In this document: positions 11,701-20,938 of the stretch, piece after piece
Layout: each line of letters begins with the position of its first letter
How positions within the stretch are numbered: the stretch's first letter is position 1
Virus record (IMG/VR): IMGVR_UViG_3300047159_000046
Strand: one strand, 5' to 3'
DNA from: a virus
Lineage: Duplodnaviria > Caudoviricetes
DNA: 64,000 nt
Notes under the pieces: model-generated
Told to the model about the DNA's origin: nothing
Seen by the model: the letters and a program-made list of their open reading frames with translations, nothing else
The model's database searches: none
Program-made: the position numbers and the translations under genes

Positions 11701-12396
11701 ATAATATCCTTTTACAAACATGGTTATGGATGGATTTGGCAATGAGAAAAGACTTCGGAATAACGAACCACTAAGATTTGATTTATCAAATCCTGGTATG
11801 CCATCAACCACCTTGGAATGAGTTCTTTCTTGTGGGGAAAATAATGACGTTCCTCTTACATCAACCAGATTCAACTTAACCTGAGGACAATAATAATTAT
11901 CATAAGTAATATCTATGGATTCTATTCCAAGCATTTCATTGCTTATATTATCCTCATATACATCATAATAGGTATGTTCTGTTCCCTCGTTGGTAAGATA
12001 ATTTATATGCTTATCACTTTTATGTTTTTCGGCATATTCATCTGATTCTGGCTGATTATGTCCGTAATAAAATCTTCTTCCAGACAATATGCTGGCTTTT
12101 CTTCCATTATCTGCTTTCCATGAAATAAGATATATTCTGTTTGATGTTCCATTATTTCCATCACTATCCGAAGTCGGATTTGTAGCCTCTTGAAATCTGC
12201 TTTTTATTTCTATCTGCAAATCAACGGCTATACAATAGTCCGTACCATCCCAAAGCTGATGAATACGTTTCTTTTGTCCGCTAAGGTCATTATACTCCTT
12301 GCTCGAATCGTTTATTGCATTCGGGTCAATATATGATATTTTTCCATTGATATCCTGAACATTAACATTTATATCTGTATTTACTGAATCAGCCAT
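5740..12396 (-). CDS. Large baseplate hub / tail protein with C-terminal M23 peptidase
   Basis: 2218 aa in the tail module; C-terminal HSGIDF, YTHM and STGIHCHFE match M23 HxxxD and HxH motifs. Confidence 0.8.
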   Translation of the reverse strand: MADSVNTDINVNVQDINGKISYIDPNAINDSSKEYNDLSGQKKRIHQLWDGTDYCIAVDLQIEIKSRFQEATNPTSDSDGNNGTSNRIYLISWKADNGRKASILSGRRFYYGHNQPESDEYAEKHKSDKHINYLTNEGTEHTYYDVYEDNISNEMLGIESIDITYDNYYCPQVKLNLVDVRGTSLFSPQERTHSKVVDGIPGFDKSNLSGSLFRSLFSLPNPSITMFVKGYYGTPITYDLAFQNVNVDFNNNTGNFNVDLELIGYRYSLLNDIPVNLMVCAPYCSFAGADYWKNTICTNSDYSLDGATPVGLMQVFKVISEVDSDTELQQANNEVANTQNTQNAIESDIPSLATVFDGFKNNLHHDSSSYFLSDDVGRGVCIILYQGDLDNIEQDVLTQQYYKDTSKNFESMKQGLVNMGNSDANQFSIVYGTGNSVLYDPTTSGVSISIEAFKTANVNKVLKEIVLQNISTNTVFNQTWNYDVFVLMNNKTGEMFYDYLNKIKQNSESKKQAAIDNAKAVRNSKIVSGLGFRPTVKNMMKLLMEHFETLLYCMYSCAENVYKKNRTPSDCGFMMVEDSDFDITKAVVPPFPKVNDIQHGKQVDGWVGNKGNATMFPERDLVLGLIDATKYANAQMNNIVPDNTGANNTNSTNAQVPTIYMPLVMSDLFTTDKYLGELTDADLDNFFGTDPSILSFKLYLRASLIFNYYNTMGMNITRINSKYADVKDYAYHCGIMDAKNFYYAYKDIISDSFKDKIGAVSDFGTLGEGMLNIMQGKGLQNITDGDKIKKYKQGDLSKLVAKDNNLFNRKGYNIAIKPSNNIDTINSLVTDSNVSSETNGEVPSNGWRWVFIPDVLSNGWYIHKSHLQEVQTWIKEHPDAYTLDTFKEYVIIDENCNIINSSAFQNLISSSSFGFLHDRFVNMKRWTIQQECKERRYDILDDNGNPKSIKSDANVFNDIDYYGNKGSYQRAALFLDNTQMGGSGSMIQYYGSSVVINITDIMLSCFNKKQSYISYPKIELLYLGSLCWAYLFNDGLLYTVNSTNSKCMVKYTPTIIPIDNFVLAKYFMNWADDGNGFGYFRNNLEFNMDAALKQNGDLQTNIENEIKKSGKSGWNLSAFDNVLGFDYTFSDEFLKSEAVTSLTKDVELLINESLVVLNNGYKNNMVEYCSYFMQQLKDEILNASVLNNALSAATNEVVDTAVSLVNEEDPNQQIDTKISIYNSLKRLWDKWLVGSSLSDYNIPNWFDKNFHFIDSFFTDIGDLILVDMSSMLEIYNDQLKQGQAFTLLQFITDVLGKTNMTFNVIQNWANLSDPETMKKAFVPVPYNSMVLPSNYATQSDFVTVYNYEPSHLLGDDSDESEYKGDSFMANNYDSLPQVIKDYDYQDLKIPAFSVSYGQQYQSYFHNIKVNTNKGQNTEWSIGAQMQIAQMGSDKVNKAVIFQGQDLYTIFSNVSYECTVSMMGCCWIQPLMYFCLTNIPMFRGTYMISKMSHSIRNGEMTTTFTGCRLPKIANRIVDNAFLNTQGNFDEEDSITRENAIASVENDCAYKFYNPLMQTQINASYEHTVNIVALKTYRPDYITKLGYDSVWDAIVSTINREFSNGVDNLSQKLVALCMFNQHALASKKKNGGWRNIFSSSFKGSKGSFNSGTEANVKSIFENPLSILGGKDELPLDIDLSGQYANRYGNIQAYSYNKPIGKIKDQKNSITKSSVYRIGQYSLNNSQFPEYTSSDSSINHHSSKYYFTYGRNQFVQIYEGCRTDDSEPIWTDSDLAEMKKDPNVPTDDKKSNGNNETLINGFVNAVSRTSQSVAAMACDVKVCSEGTDNWIIISACDSVSKKLLPQNNATLFDMIVRTGAGESQGYYGWFKHAIWLTSAKSQEYPDYILVQVIEKTDGTKNMRSITVQFSIASNIKSLKSTFTKSDLDKWQNHTYNNNKLIYSNGTGLDSVPKNWWKIMGKNIADKTTFKDTDTILNAYTYAFIDDSVTKKYWEKIKTYLLEDKAIPCPANGDEVNDEYAFSNKDTDSIFKTSQSKIKMKTISSPISDFWGPFGNTSKTEISQHKGSPWNPARTSPAPPEFHSGIDFSEKGVKGDRLVAGHDGIVLSCHQAAGFCNVIIVAYNLENKDGSILLGVYTHMDAESIYCTAGQIVKAGDILAKAGSCGKSTGIHCHFELWLMPKDSSGKYTFPGYNSFIAKTKENNHTNQYICNPEEYINFKTK

Positions 12397-12401
12397 TTTT
12401 C

Positions 12402-12710
12402 TTAATAATATTTGTTATACTTATCTATATCGGTATCATACTGTATGAGAACTTGGTCCAAAGGAAGAGGAATTCTTATCCTTTCCCCATCCTGTATATC
12501 AAATTCCATATTTCCTATTGTCGGATTTGCCTGTAAAATAAGCCATCCGTAATTAGGATCTGAATAATACTGGTATGATAACAGATCAAGTCTTGTTTCT
12601 CCTCTTTTGTATAAAATATACGCATCCGATGAACGGACAGGAATTTTAACAAATGGGACCTCGCTTATATTACCGCTTTTCCTAAACTTTTTATATCTAT
12701 CGTAAATCAT
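12402..12710 (-). CDS. Baseplate wedge protein (LysM-like, gp53 / tail X family)
   Basis: RLDLLSYQYYSDPNYGWLILQANP...GERIRIP; probable start at MIYDRY. Confidence 0.8.
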   Translation of the reverse strand: MIYDRYKKFRKSGNISEVPFVKIPVRSSDAYILYKRGETRLDLLSYQYYSDPNYGWLILQANPTIGNMEFDIQDGERIRIPLPLDQVLIQYDTDIDKYNKYY

Positions 12711-12732
12711 TATTAAAAAATAACAAATTGTT

Positions 12733-15700
12733 TTATTGATATATATTTGGAACGAATGTAAATTCCTTTCCATCCGTATCTTTGGTATATCCTATCATTT
12801 CGGATCTATCATCATATACACGCTGATTAGCATAATAATTGAATGACAACGCATTTTGCAATCTGGAAATAGGTCCACCCAAATCACTACCACCAGTAAA
12901 CTTGAATCCTATATTTATTTTGGCATACATTGGCTGAACTCCAGCACCTTCTGGATTCATATCCCATTGGATTCCTCCTCCGACATCATAATTAATTCCC
13001 AATGACGTTATATATATCTTTGTATAATAGAAATCTCCTATTCTCAATACACATACAGGAGGTCTACCAAATGCCATATTTGCAGAATTTTCACCCATTT
13101 CATTTCCGTCAGATACACTATCAGTAGGTCCTTGTCTGGTACACTGATGAAGGAATGACAATCTTGCATTAAAACCCTCTGGAGACATGGAATGAAAAGC
13201 TGGATCGAAATATTTTATTTTGTCAACAATCTTGTTGTGCATGACAGGATCTGTAATTCCAAGATTTCTGAAATAATCAGCTTCTGTTTCGTATCTATGC
13301 GTAGTGACAGCTCCAGTGGTATTGGTTACGTCCGCTGCGGTCTGTTCCGCTTTTTCATTATTATCCTTTTCTTTCGTTTTCTTTGAATTGTCTGTTTTTT
13401 GTGCACTTTGAACCTCTTTCCCTCTGCCATCCATTGTTGCCAATATGGAATTGCTTGTACCAGTAGTTTCACTTTTTGCGGTATTTAAGTCAGTAGCCTT
13501 TTTGGTCGTATCATCATCATCCACATCATCATAAGTAATGCGTATAACTGCAGAGCGATTTATTTTAGCCATTAAATGACTAACATCGACCTGTTTCTTA
13601 TCTCCAACTTCCTTGCTTGGCGTTGATTTTGTAGTTATCTCAGCTGAATCAAGTATTTTATTCTTTTCCATCAGTTCCTTTATGAAAGTAGACATTGTTA
13701 ACGCTCTATGTTTTGCAAGTTGCTGATTTGAAGATTCCGTTTTTTTTCTGGCTGTCTTTGGATGACCATGCTCATTTGAAATTCCTTCAATTTCAATTTT
13801 TACATTTTTCATACCAAATATTTTTTTGAACAAATCAACATTTTCCTGTTTATAATGAATTCCCTCTTTGATATTATAATCAGATATGTTTTTATCTGTT
13901 TCAAACGGACAATATTGATATATAGCCATCACAAAATCAGCATAAGACACCAGCCTTTTCTTTCCATCTTCAGAAACATAAAGTCCTGTTGTATTGGCAC
14001 TTGAAGCACCAAATTCATTAGGAAAAACCTTATCTGCAACTGTTCCAAGACCTTGCTGCGAATTCAAACCATAACTTCTTATGTCAGCATAATCCTTAAA
14101 ATTGACCAGTTTTTCATTTCTCCATAATTCCTCATCTCCAGCTTCATTTACATAATCATAAGATTTCAGCTTTTTCTTTTTCACATTGGTATCTATTCTA
14201 TAAAGCCACTGAATTCTATCTTTCAATGCTTTAGACTCACTTTCCTTTGCAGATAATCTCTCATTGAATGTGCATATATACCAATTTCCGTTTGTAGAGG
14301 CAGAATCTGTTGATTTAGAATCTATATTGACCGCCAAAAAGGAATCGGTCATTTTGTTGGTATCATAAGTATAATATCTGTTCCAATGGTCGGAAACCCT
14401 TGAAACGCCATGATTTGGATTAGGATATGATGCTGATAATGTATCTTGATTGTCAAGTACCATTTCATAACCAAACGTATCCGATGTAACAGGAGCTACT
14501 TTATCATAAGGAAGCCCAGATATTGTTTCATCCACATCAGCATTGTATCCCCTATAATGAGGATCGGTTCCCCATGAAGATATATCATTCACTGTTATTT
14601 TGTCTGAAAATCTCACCAAAATATCATGATAATCGTATGATGATGCTGAAGAATCATTATCAAATTGTAACCCATAACCAGTGCCTATTCCATTTGCAAG
14701 ATACATTATAGGAAAAAATGTTCCATAAGGCTGTTCATTGCTTTTTATATCATAATATCCCGTATAATTATTAGGATAAAATACAGAAAACTCAAGAACA
14801 TGAGGACTTTCATTTTTCGCAGGAGAATCTTCTGGAGTTTCTTTTTTGACTGGCTCCACAACCGTTTCCTTTTGGGCTTTGTTAGGTCTAAGAATATCAC
14901 ATCCTGCGAAAAATCTAAGTAACGTCTGTTCTGTAGAACCAGTATCATCGACAGAATCTGCTTTCACGTTTGCATCCTTTTGATTTCCATAAAACTGTTG
15001 TCTATCCTTATCTATATGATCTATAATAGTCGGATGGTCAATCAGCAGAATAAAATCAAGATTTCCTGTACGTTCTGTATTTTTATAGGTATATAGCTGC
15101 TCTCCTCTTCCTATAAAGTCCTGTCCGCCCCACTGTACCGACACGCTTTCGTTAAATGATAAACCATACGGAGGAAACCACATAATTCTTCCTCCAAGTG
15201 GTCCCTTTTGTTCATCGGACAATAAATTGCTTTTATAATAATCTCTCCATGCCAAATTTTCTATTGAAAACATGCAGTGTTTGATATCAACATTCAAATT
15301 TGCATTTGAGTTGCTTGTAGGAGTGATATTCACCAAACCGTTGTTCTGATTAAGAACAGAATATTTAGCAAGACTATCAGGGCCTTTCATTCCCCCGACT
15401 CCGTCTTTTCTTCTGAATGGATATATTTCTCCCTCTTTATCCTTAAACAACGATCCTGATGCGCTTATTTCGGCAGTATCGTCATCATTGTCCGTATTCT
15501 TTGTTCTGTTGGAGAATGGTCGTATGGTATCTACTATAGTATGATATTCATGATGATAAGTCCACACCCTGCAATAAGGATTATCATACCCATTTGTATT
15601 GGTATCCTTATCAACATCTGCCTTTAGCAGATTTCGGCCATGGCTTAAACCATAATTGACTGATAATGCTGTCTGTATTTGCTGTGGTGTTCTTCCGTCT

Positions 15701-16965
15701 TCTGTTGATGTGTGGAATCTTGAAACCAAAGAATCATATTTACCATGCAGAAAAGCCCTGTTGGTCTTGTTTACCAAATCATTATATTTGTTCTTTTCAT
15801 CATATCCTACATATACTCCGTTTGCGGTTCCTTTGTTTCTGTTTCGTTCAGAGGAATTGTTAACTCCATCCTCGTTTGAACTTACAGTATCATAATGACC
15901 GTCATAATCGTCACCAGAACCCTCATATTCCAGATATTGATAATTATAGTGTCTGTCTTTTATTTTGTTGCCATAATTAAATACAAAGCGTATGGAACGC
16001 TCTCTGTAATCCATATCTCCCAACCCTACAGTTGAAACATCTCCGTCTGTTGTGGATGGATATATGTTGGTAAGAGGAGAATTATACAATGACCTTCCTA
16101 CAGGGAAATAGGTATCTGATGGTGTTATTCCTGGCTTTATGGAATGGGCAAATTTATCGTCATCTTCCGATAATGTATTAAACACATTATACATGGTTCT
16201 GTAAACAAAATCCTTGCTTCTCCACCCTAAATCATTATAATAATCAGCATTAAAAGCATCAATAGGCAGCAATCCGTTATTGTTGTCTGATGCTTCTTTT
16301 GCATAATCAAGAGGTCCTACTATCGTATCTATATATTCCCTATTTATATTTTCTCCAGCTCCTCTGGTATTCAAATCAAGTCCATTTCCATAATTGACAT
16401 CATTAAAATAATATCTTGACATTCTCATGGAAATAGGATCATAATTTTCTCCAAAAGTTCCTGTATTGTCCCATTCTGCAAAAGCGGTCCTCAATCCCTT
16501 GTTTCTGTAAACCGTGGACATATTTGCCAATAATGTATCGGATTTACCGTTATCATTGGTGATTGGACTCTGTATATTATAATTTGTTATTCCTTTATGT
16601 GTATCATCCAATATATACGGAGATTCCAATGATTTTGGAAATGTAAAAGGCTTATCCCCGATGGTATATGAACCAAGATACATACTTATATCAAATGACG
16701 GTCTGTCAGAATATACTCTTCGTATGTAATCTACATAATCAAAGGAATTAGACCGCTGATAATCACTTACATATCTTGGAACAACGTGTTCGTAATCATA
16801 GGGGTTCAGGATTGTTCCTGGACCTACTCCTAATGTATGACTTCCCGTATATTGCTTAACTCCATAATCTTTTCTTATGGAATTGGCAATATAATTATAA
16901 TCTTTTATTATTATTCCTACATTTGCATAGGTTTGTAAATGTTTTTCGTCTAACAATTCTGCCAT
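12733..16965 (-). CDS. Baseplate / tail-tube initiator-like protein with an internal OmpA-like domain
   Basis: Segments W....FIGRGEQLYTY.NTERTG and RPPVCVLRIGDFYYTKIYITSL; OmpA-like IEIEG...NQQLAKHRA...NRSA; lies just after the tape measure gene. Confidence 0.65.
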   Translation of the reverse strand: MAELLDEKHLQTYANVGIIIKDYNYIANSIRKDYGVKQYTGSHTLGVGPGTILNPYDYEHVVPRYVSDYQRSNSFDYVDYIRRVYSDRPSFDISMYLGSYTIGDKPFTFPKSLESPYILDDTHKGITNYNIQSPITNDNGKSDTLLANMSTVYRNKGLRTAFAEWDNTGTFGENYDPISMRMSRYYFNDVNYGNGLDLNTRGAGENINREYIDTIVGPLDYAKEASDNNNGLLPIDAFNADYYNDLGWRSKDFVYRTMYNVFNTLSEDDDKFAHSIKPGITPSDTYFPVGRSLYNSPLTNIYPSTTDGDVSTVGLGDMDYRERSIRFVFNYGNKIKDRHYNYQYLEYEGSGDDYDGHYDTVSSNEDGVNNSSERNRNKGTANGVYVGYDEKNKYNDLVNKTNRAFLHGKYDSLVSRFHTSTEDGRTPQQIQTALSVNYGLSHGRNLLKADVDKDTNTNGYDNPYCRVWTYHHEYHTIVDTIRPFSNRTKNTDNDDDTAEISASGSLFKDKEGEIYPFRRKDGVGGMKGPDSLAKYSVLNQNNGLVNITPTSNSNANLNVDIKHCMFSIENLAWRDYYKSNLLSDEQKGPLGGRIMWFPPYGLSFNESVSVQWGGQDFIGRGEQLYTYKNTERTGNLDFILLIDHPTIIDHIDKDRQQFYGNQKDANVKADSVDDTGSTEQTLLRFFAGCDILRPNKAQKETVVEPVKKETPEDSPAKNESPHVLEFSVFYPNNYTGYYDIKSNEQPYGTFFPIMYLANGIGTGYGLQFDNDSSASSYDYHDILVRFSDKITVNDISSWGTDPHYRGYNADVDETISGLPYDKVAPVTSDTFGYEMVLDNQDTLSASYPNPNHGVSRVSDHWNRYYTYDTNKMTDSFLAVNIDSKSTDSASTNGNWYICTFNERLSAKESESKALKDRIQWLYRIDTNVKKKKLKSYDYVNEAGDEELWRNEKLVNFKDYADIRSYGLNSQQGLGTVADKVFPNEFGASSANTTGLYVSEDGKKRLVSYADFVMAIYQYCPFETDKNISDYNIKEGIHYKQENVDLFKKIFGMKNVKIEIEGISNEHGHPKTARKKTESSNQQLAKHRALTMSTFIKELMEKNKILDSAEITTKSTPSKEVGDKKQVDVSHLMAKINRSAVIRITYDDVDDDDTTKKATDLNTAKSETTGTSNSILATMDGRGKEVQSAQKTDNSKKTKEKDNNEKAEQTAADVTNTTGAVTTHRYETEADYFRNLGITDPVMHNKIVDKIKYFDPAFHSMSPEGFNARLSFLHQCTRQGPTDSVSDGNEMGENSANMAFGRPPVCVLRIGDFYYTKIYITSLGINYDVGGGIQWDMNPEGAGVQPMYAKINIGFKFTGGSDLGGPISRLQNALSFNYYANQRVYDDRSEMIGYTKDTDGKEFTFVPNIYQ

Positions 16966-16983
16966 TTTTTAAAATATAACATT

Positions 16984-19900
16984 TTAATTGAATCTTTCTT
17001 TCACACTTGAACCACCCGCCGAGTGCATTTTTGCTATACAGTTCTTTACTGCCTGCTGGAATCCATGGTCATTGGCTAACTCCCTATAATTAATTATTTT
17101 TGAATTACCATTTCCAAAATCTATCTTTATCGTTCCTCCGACATTCACGTTTCCGCTGCCTGCATTTGGAACATTATATCCATTATTTGACTGTCCATTA
17201 TTTCCAGCTCCTCCTTTTTGTCCTCCGTTTCCTGATGTCGGACTGGATGCCATGTGAGCATTTGCTGTCGCATTGGTTTGATGAGCAACAACCGTCATTT
17301 CGCTTTTATTGAATTTGTAAGCCAACAATTCGTGTATTTTGATTGTTGACAACGCTGCCTTTACAAGTATGTCTGGATCGTTGATATCAACAGCTCCCTC
17401 TACCTGACTGGCATATTTATTTAAGTCCTTATTTCTAACATCATTCGGATTATCATGAAAAGCCTTTGCAATCCAACTTCCAGCAGCAGCTCCGATTCCG
17501 CTACCTAAACTGGCTCCTGCAACAGTTCCAGCACCTGGTATCAAACTACCTAAGAAACCTCCGATTAACGTTCCAGCCAAACTTCCCATGGTCATTCCTT
17601 TTTGGTCGGTTTTCTCATTCATCTTAGCAGATTTTTGTATATAATAATCGGGATTATTAATAAAACCATCCACTTTCCCTGCTTGATATTCTTTCTTTTT
17701 ATCCAAAGCTTTTATTGCGGAATCATCGTAAGCATCATGTAACAAATAAGCATCGGAAGCCAAACTCAAAGCCAATCCAATTCCTGGGATTTTTTTCAAT
17801 GCCCCCATTGACATTGATTTCATTACCCCCTTGGATCTAATGGCAGATGCCAATGCTTTTACTCCTCCTGCTGATTGTATTCCTTTATATGTGGATTTTA
17901 CACCAGTCAATGACAAGGCTGACATTAATCCAACCGCACCATATTTGTCAACAAAAGATCCATCATTTGCTTGAATATACCCATTTCCAAAAATAGTATT
18001 TTTTGATTCCGAAGCTCCCCTAATACCTGCTACACGACTATCAATAGATACCAAAACATTATAAATATCATTTAATGGATTCATACTTGCAATTGCTGTC
18101 TGATTGGCAGCGTTTAATTGAAAGTTGGTTTGTGTAGGACTTGATATGTTTTCTCCTGTTCCTGATGATGGTTCTTGTTCTTCATCACCATCACTATCAG
18201 AATCCGATCCTGTTAGTTTTGAAATTCCATATCCTGCTGCAGTCAAAGCAAGACCTATATATCCTGCTTTTTTTAATCCTTTGGGAATTTTTATTTTTCT
18301 AAGAAAAGATAAGATTCCCTTACTTTTACCTGCTGCACCTGCCGCTCTTCCTGTATTTCCAGCTACACTTCCCGCACCAGCAGCTGCAGCTCCTCCTGCT
18401 GATCCCGCTGCACCAGCCGAACCAGCTGCGCCAGCCGCACCCGCTGCTCCTCCCGCACCACCAGCAGCTCCTGCTCCTGCTCCTACGGCTGTTCCTGCAC
18501 CTCCTTCCGCTTGAATTATATCTTGTGAAGTCTGCGGATTGTTCCTTTCAGCAAATTTTCCCAGCATACGTTTCACTCTTTTGTATGCCAAAAAAGACCC
18601 TCCTCCAGCAGCGACCGATGGCAATAGAGCAGCAGCTCCCAAAATAGCAGGATGATTTTTTATCGTTTCAATAAAAGACTGTCCCGCATCTATTACTCCT
18701 TTTATGTGATTCGGTCCATTGTGCAGTTTGTGCACGTCCCTCCTTTCCTGCTGAATCCCAAGTCTCATTCTTTGACATCTCGTTTCTCGCCTTATCCTGT
18801 CCCTCTTTCTCAAAATGAAGCCACAGATTATGAACATCATTTTCTATATTTTTTGTTTCAGCAGAAGGAGAATACAAATCACCCAGACTTTTTGCGTTTA
18901 AACTACTTATATCCACCTCTTTAGCAGCTCCACCACCCTCAGTATGATTATTAAGGTTAATCATAAACTTTTGTTTGGATGGATCGTAATAAGCCCTGCT
19001 TGCAATTAACGCTTTCTGGTCTGCATTAAACTTATTTCCAAGTTGAGAGCTTATCGCATTTGATTGAGCCTCACGAGTAGCCATATTGGTCAATTCGGCA
19101 GCATCAAAACCTGTCGCTTCGGATTCTGCCTTGATTAACTGTTTCCCTATAGGGACTTATTTCAACCGTTCCTGATTTTTTGTTAAATCTTCCCATGTGG
19201 GCAACCGTACCTACCAATTTTTTGGTAAGTGCTTCCATATCATAGTTGGCTTCATATTGCAAAGACAAAGGATTAGACATATTGGATGCCATACTTCCTC
19301 CAAGCATATTCATCTTTGCCGACATTTCTATCGCACCCTGAATACTGCTTGCTTTATCTGCGACTCCAGCCACGCTGGTCATATTGAATTTCAAACGTTC
19401 CGAAAGAATGGTCATTTTTTCCATACCAGATACTCCCTCACTGAATGTTACCTTATTCATCAGCGCAAGATTTTCTGTTACCTTCTTGGTATAATTGGAT
19501 AAGTCTATTCCGTATTTTTCAGAATTTTTCTGTAACTGCAAAAAGTTGGCAGAAGCAACTTTTACCGAACCACCTACGGCATCGAATCCAGAAACCAATG
19601 CAGTGGCATTTTCCCCAGCATAATGCTGAACATAAGCCATTGACTTGATTTCCGTTTCATTGAAAAGACGTGCGCTATTTGTTCCAGAGGCATAAGATGT
19701 GACCATGGCTTTCAGGTCCTCTGATGACATATTGTAATATTTTGCAATATCAATAGATGCCTTGACCATAGTGGAACGCAATGCCTCCATATTGTCCTTA
19801 TTCATACCTATCTGTCGTCCAGACTGATAAGCTATATCATCAAACTCTCTCCATGTTTTTGTAGCTTCCTTGGCAATATTCCATATTGCCATCATGGTGT

Positions 19901-20627
19901 TTTTTATCTTACTCCATGTTTCATTGCCTTTCTGAATAAGTTCATTCCCAGCCTTTTCAAGATCGTTTTCCTCTCTCTTGTCATCTATAATTCCCTTGAC
20001 TAATTTCGCTTTTTCCTTGGTTAGCAAAAAAGATTTATGTCCCGTCTCATATTCTTCTTTTGTAAGAAGATTTGACATTTTTTCAAAAAGTTCCAGCTGG
20101 TCTGTTGTGGTTTTTAAATGCTCCAAATCCTTAGGATCTGTTGATTTTGCATATTTGTCGTGTTCAGCTTGAACTTCCGCTTTCTTTTTTTGTAAACTTT
20201 CATAGGAATTCTCCTCCAACAAATGAGTCATTTTACTAAAATCCGAATCAGATATGCCTTTGTTTCTGGCATCCTGAGCAAATTTGTTCATAAACACATT
20301 TTGACTGGAAATAGCCTTCATCAAATCGGGCATTACCTTTGTAAGAGCAGGTATTTCACGAAGAGTTTTTGCAACTTCACTATCGGTTCTTCCAAGACGT
20401 TCATACGCCTCCACACCTTTTCTCAGAAACGTTCCCTGTTCCTCGTAAGGATTTCTATCCTCACGTCTAAGGAATTGTTTGCTGAATTGTCCTTGGAATC
20501 TAATATCACCAAGATAGTCACCTTTTCCCTTTCCAGAAAGATTCGCATGATACAAAGCATCGTCAATCCGCTTTCGTATCAATTCGTCGAGTTCCTCTTG
20601 TGTGAGTTCTATTTTTTGTGATGACAT
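16984..20627 (-). CDS. Tape measure protein interrupted by two +1 frame breaks (about 1213 aa if joined)
   Basis: Three successive ORFs (19104-20627, 18668-19093, 16984-18840) read as one helical Ala/Gly-rich protein with G-rich transmembrane-like repeats; lies between the chaperone-like gene and the baseplate genes. Confidence 0.75.
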
Positions 20628-20710
20628 GTTATTACGATAGTTTTATTATAGATAAATAGAAAAAAAACGAAATTAGAATACACTAACTTCGTTTTATTAA
20701 TATGTTTGTT

Positions 20711-20938
20711 TTATTGGTTATTTACGGTCTTGTTGAAATTTTCAGCATTCATCATTTCTTTACCATCAAGTCCGTTTTTCTCCTCCTCACATTTCTTGTT
20801 ATGCCATGAAATAAAGAATCTTCTATCTCTTACAGGCATTCTTCTAAGCTCTTCAAAAGGGATATTCATGTATTTCTGGCAACTTGCAAGTTCTGCTTTC
20901 AGATTTATTTCATACATTGGCGATATTAGTGAAAACAT
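20711..20938 (-). CDS. Small tail/baseplate assembly protein (gp51-like or chaperone extension)
   Basis: Motif LRRMPVRDRRFFI; overlaps the end of 20910-22604 in the +1 frame. Confidence 0.6.
   Translation of the reverse strand: MFSLISPMYEINLKAELASCQKYMNIPFEELRRMPVRDRRFFISWHNKKCEEEKNGLDGKEMMNAENFNKTVNNQ

Noticed and set aside
18125-18514. Antisense ORFs such as the Pro/Ala-rich 18125-18514, 4919-5206 and 59529-60074
   Set aside because: They are shadow frames of low-complexity regions in real genes on the opposite strand.
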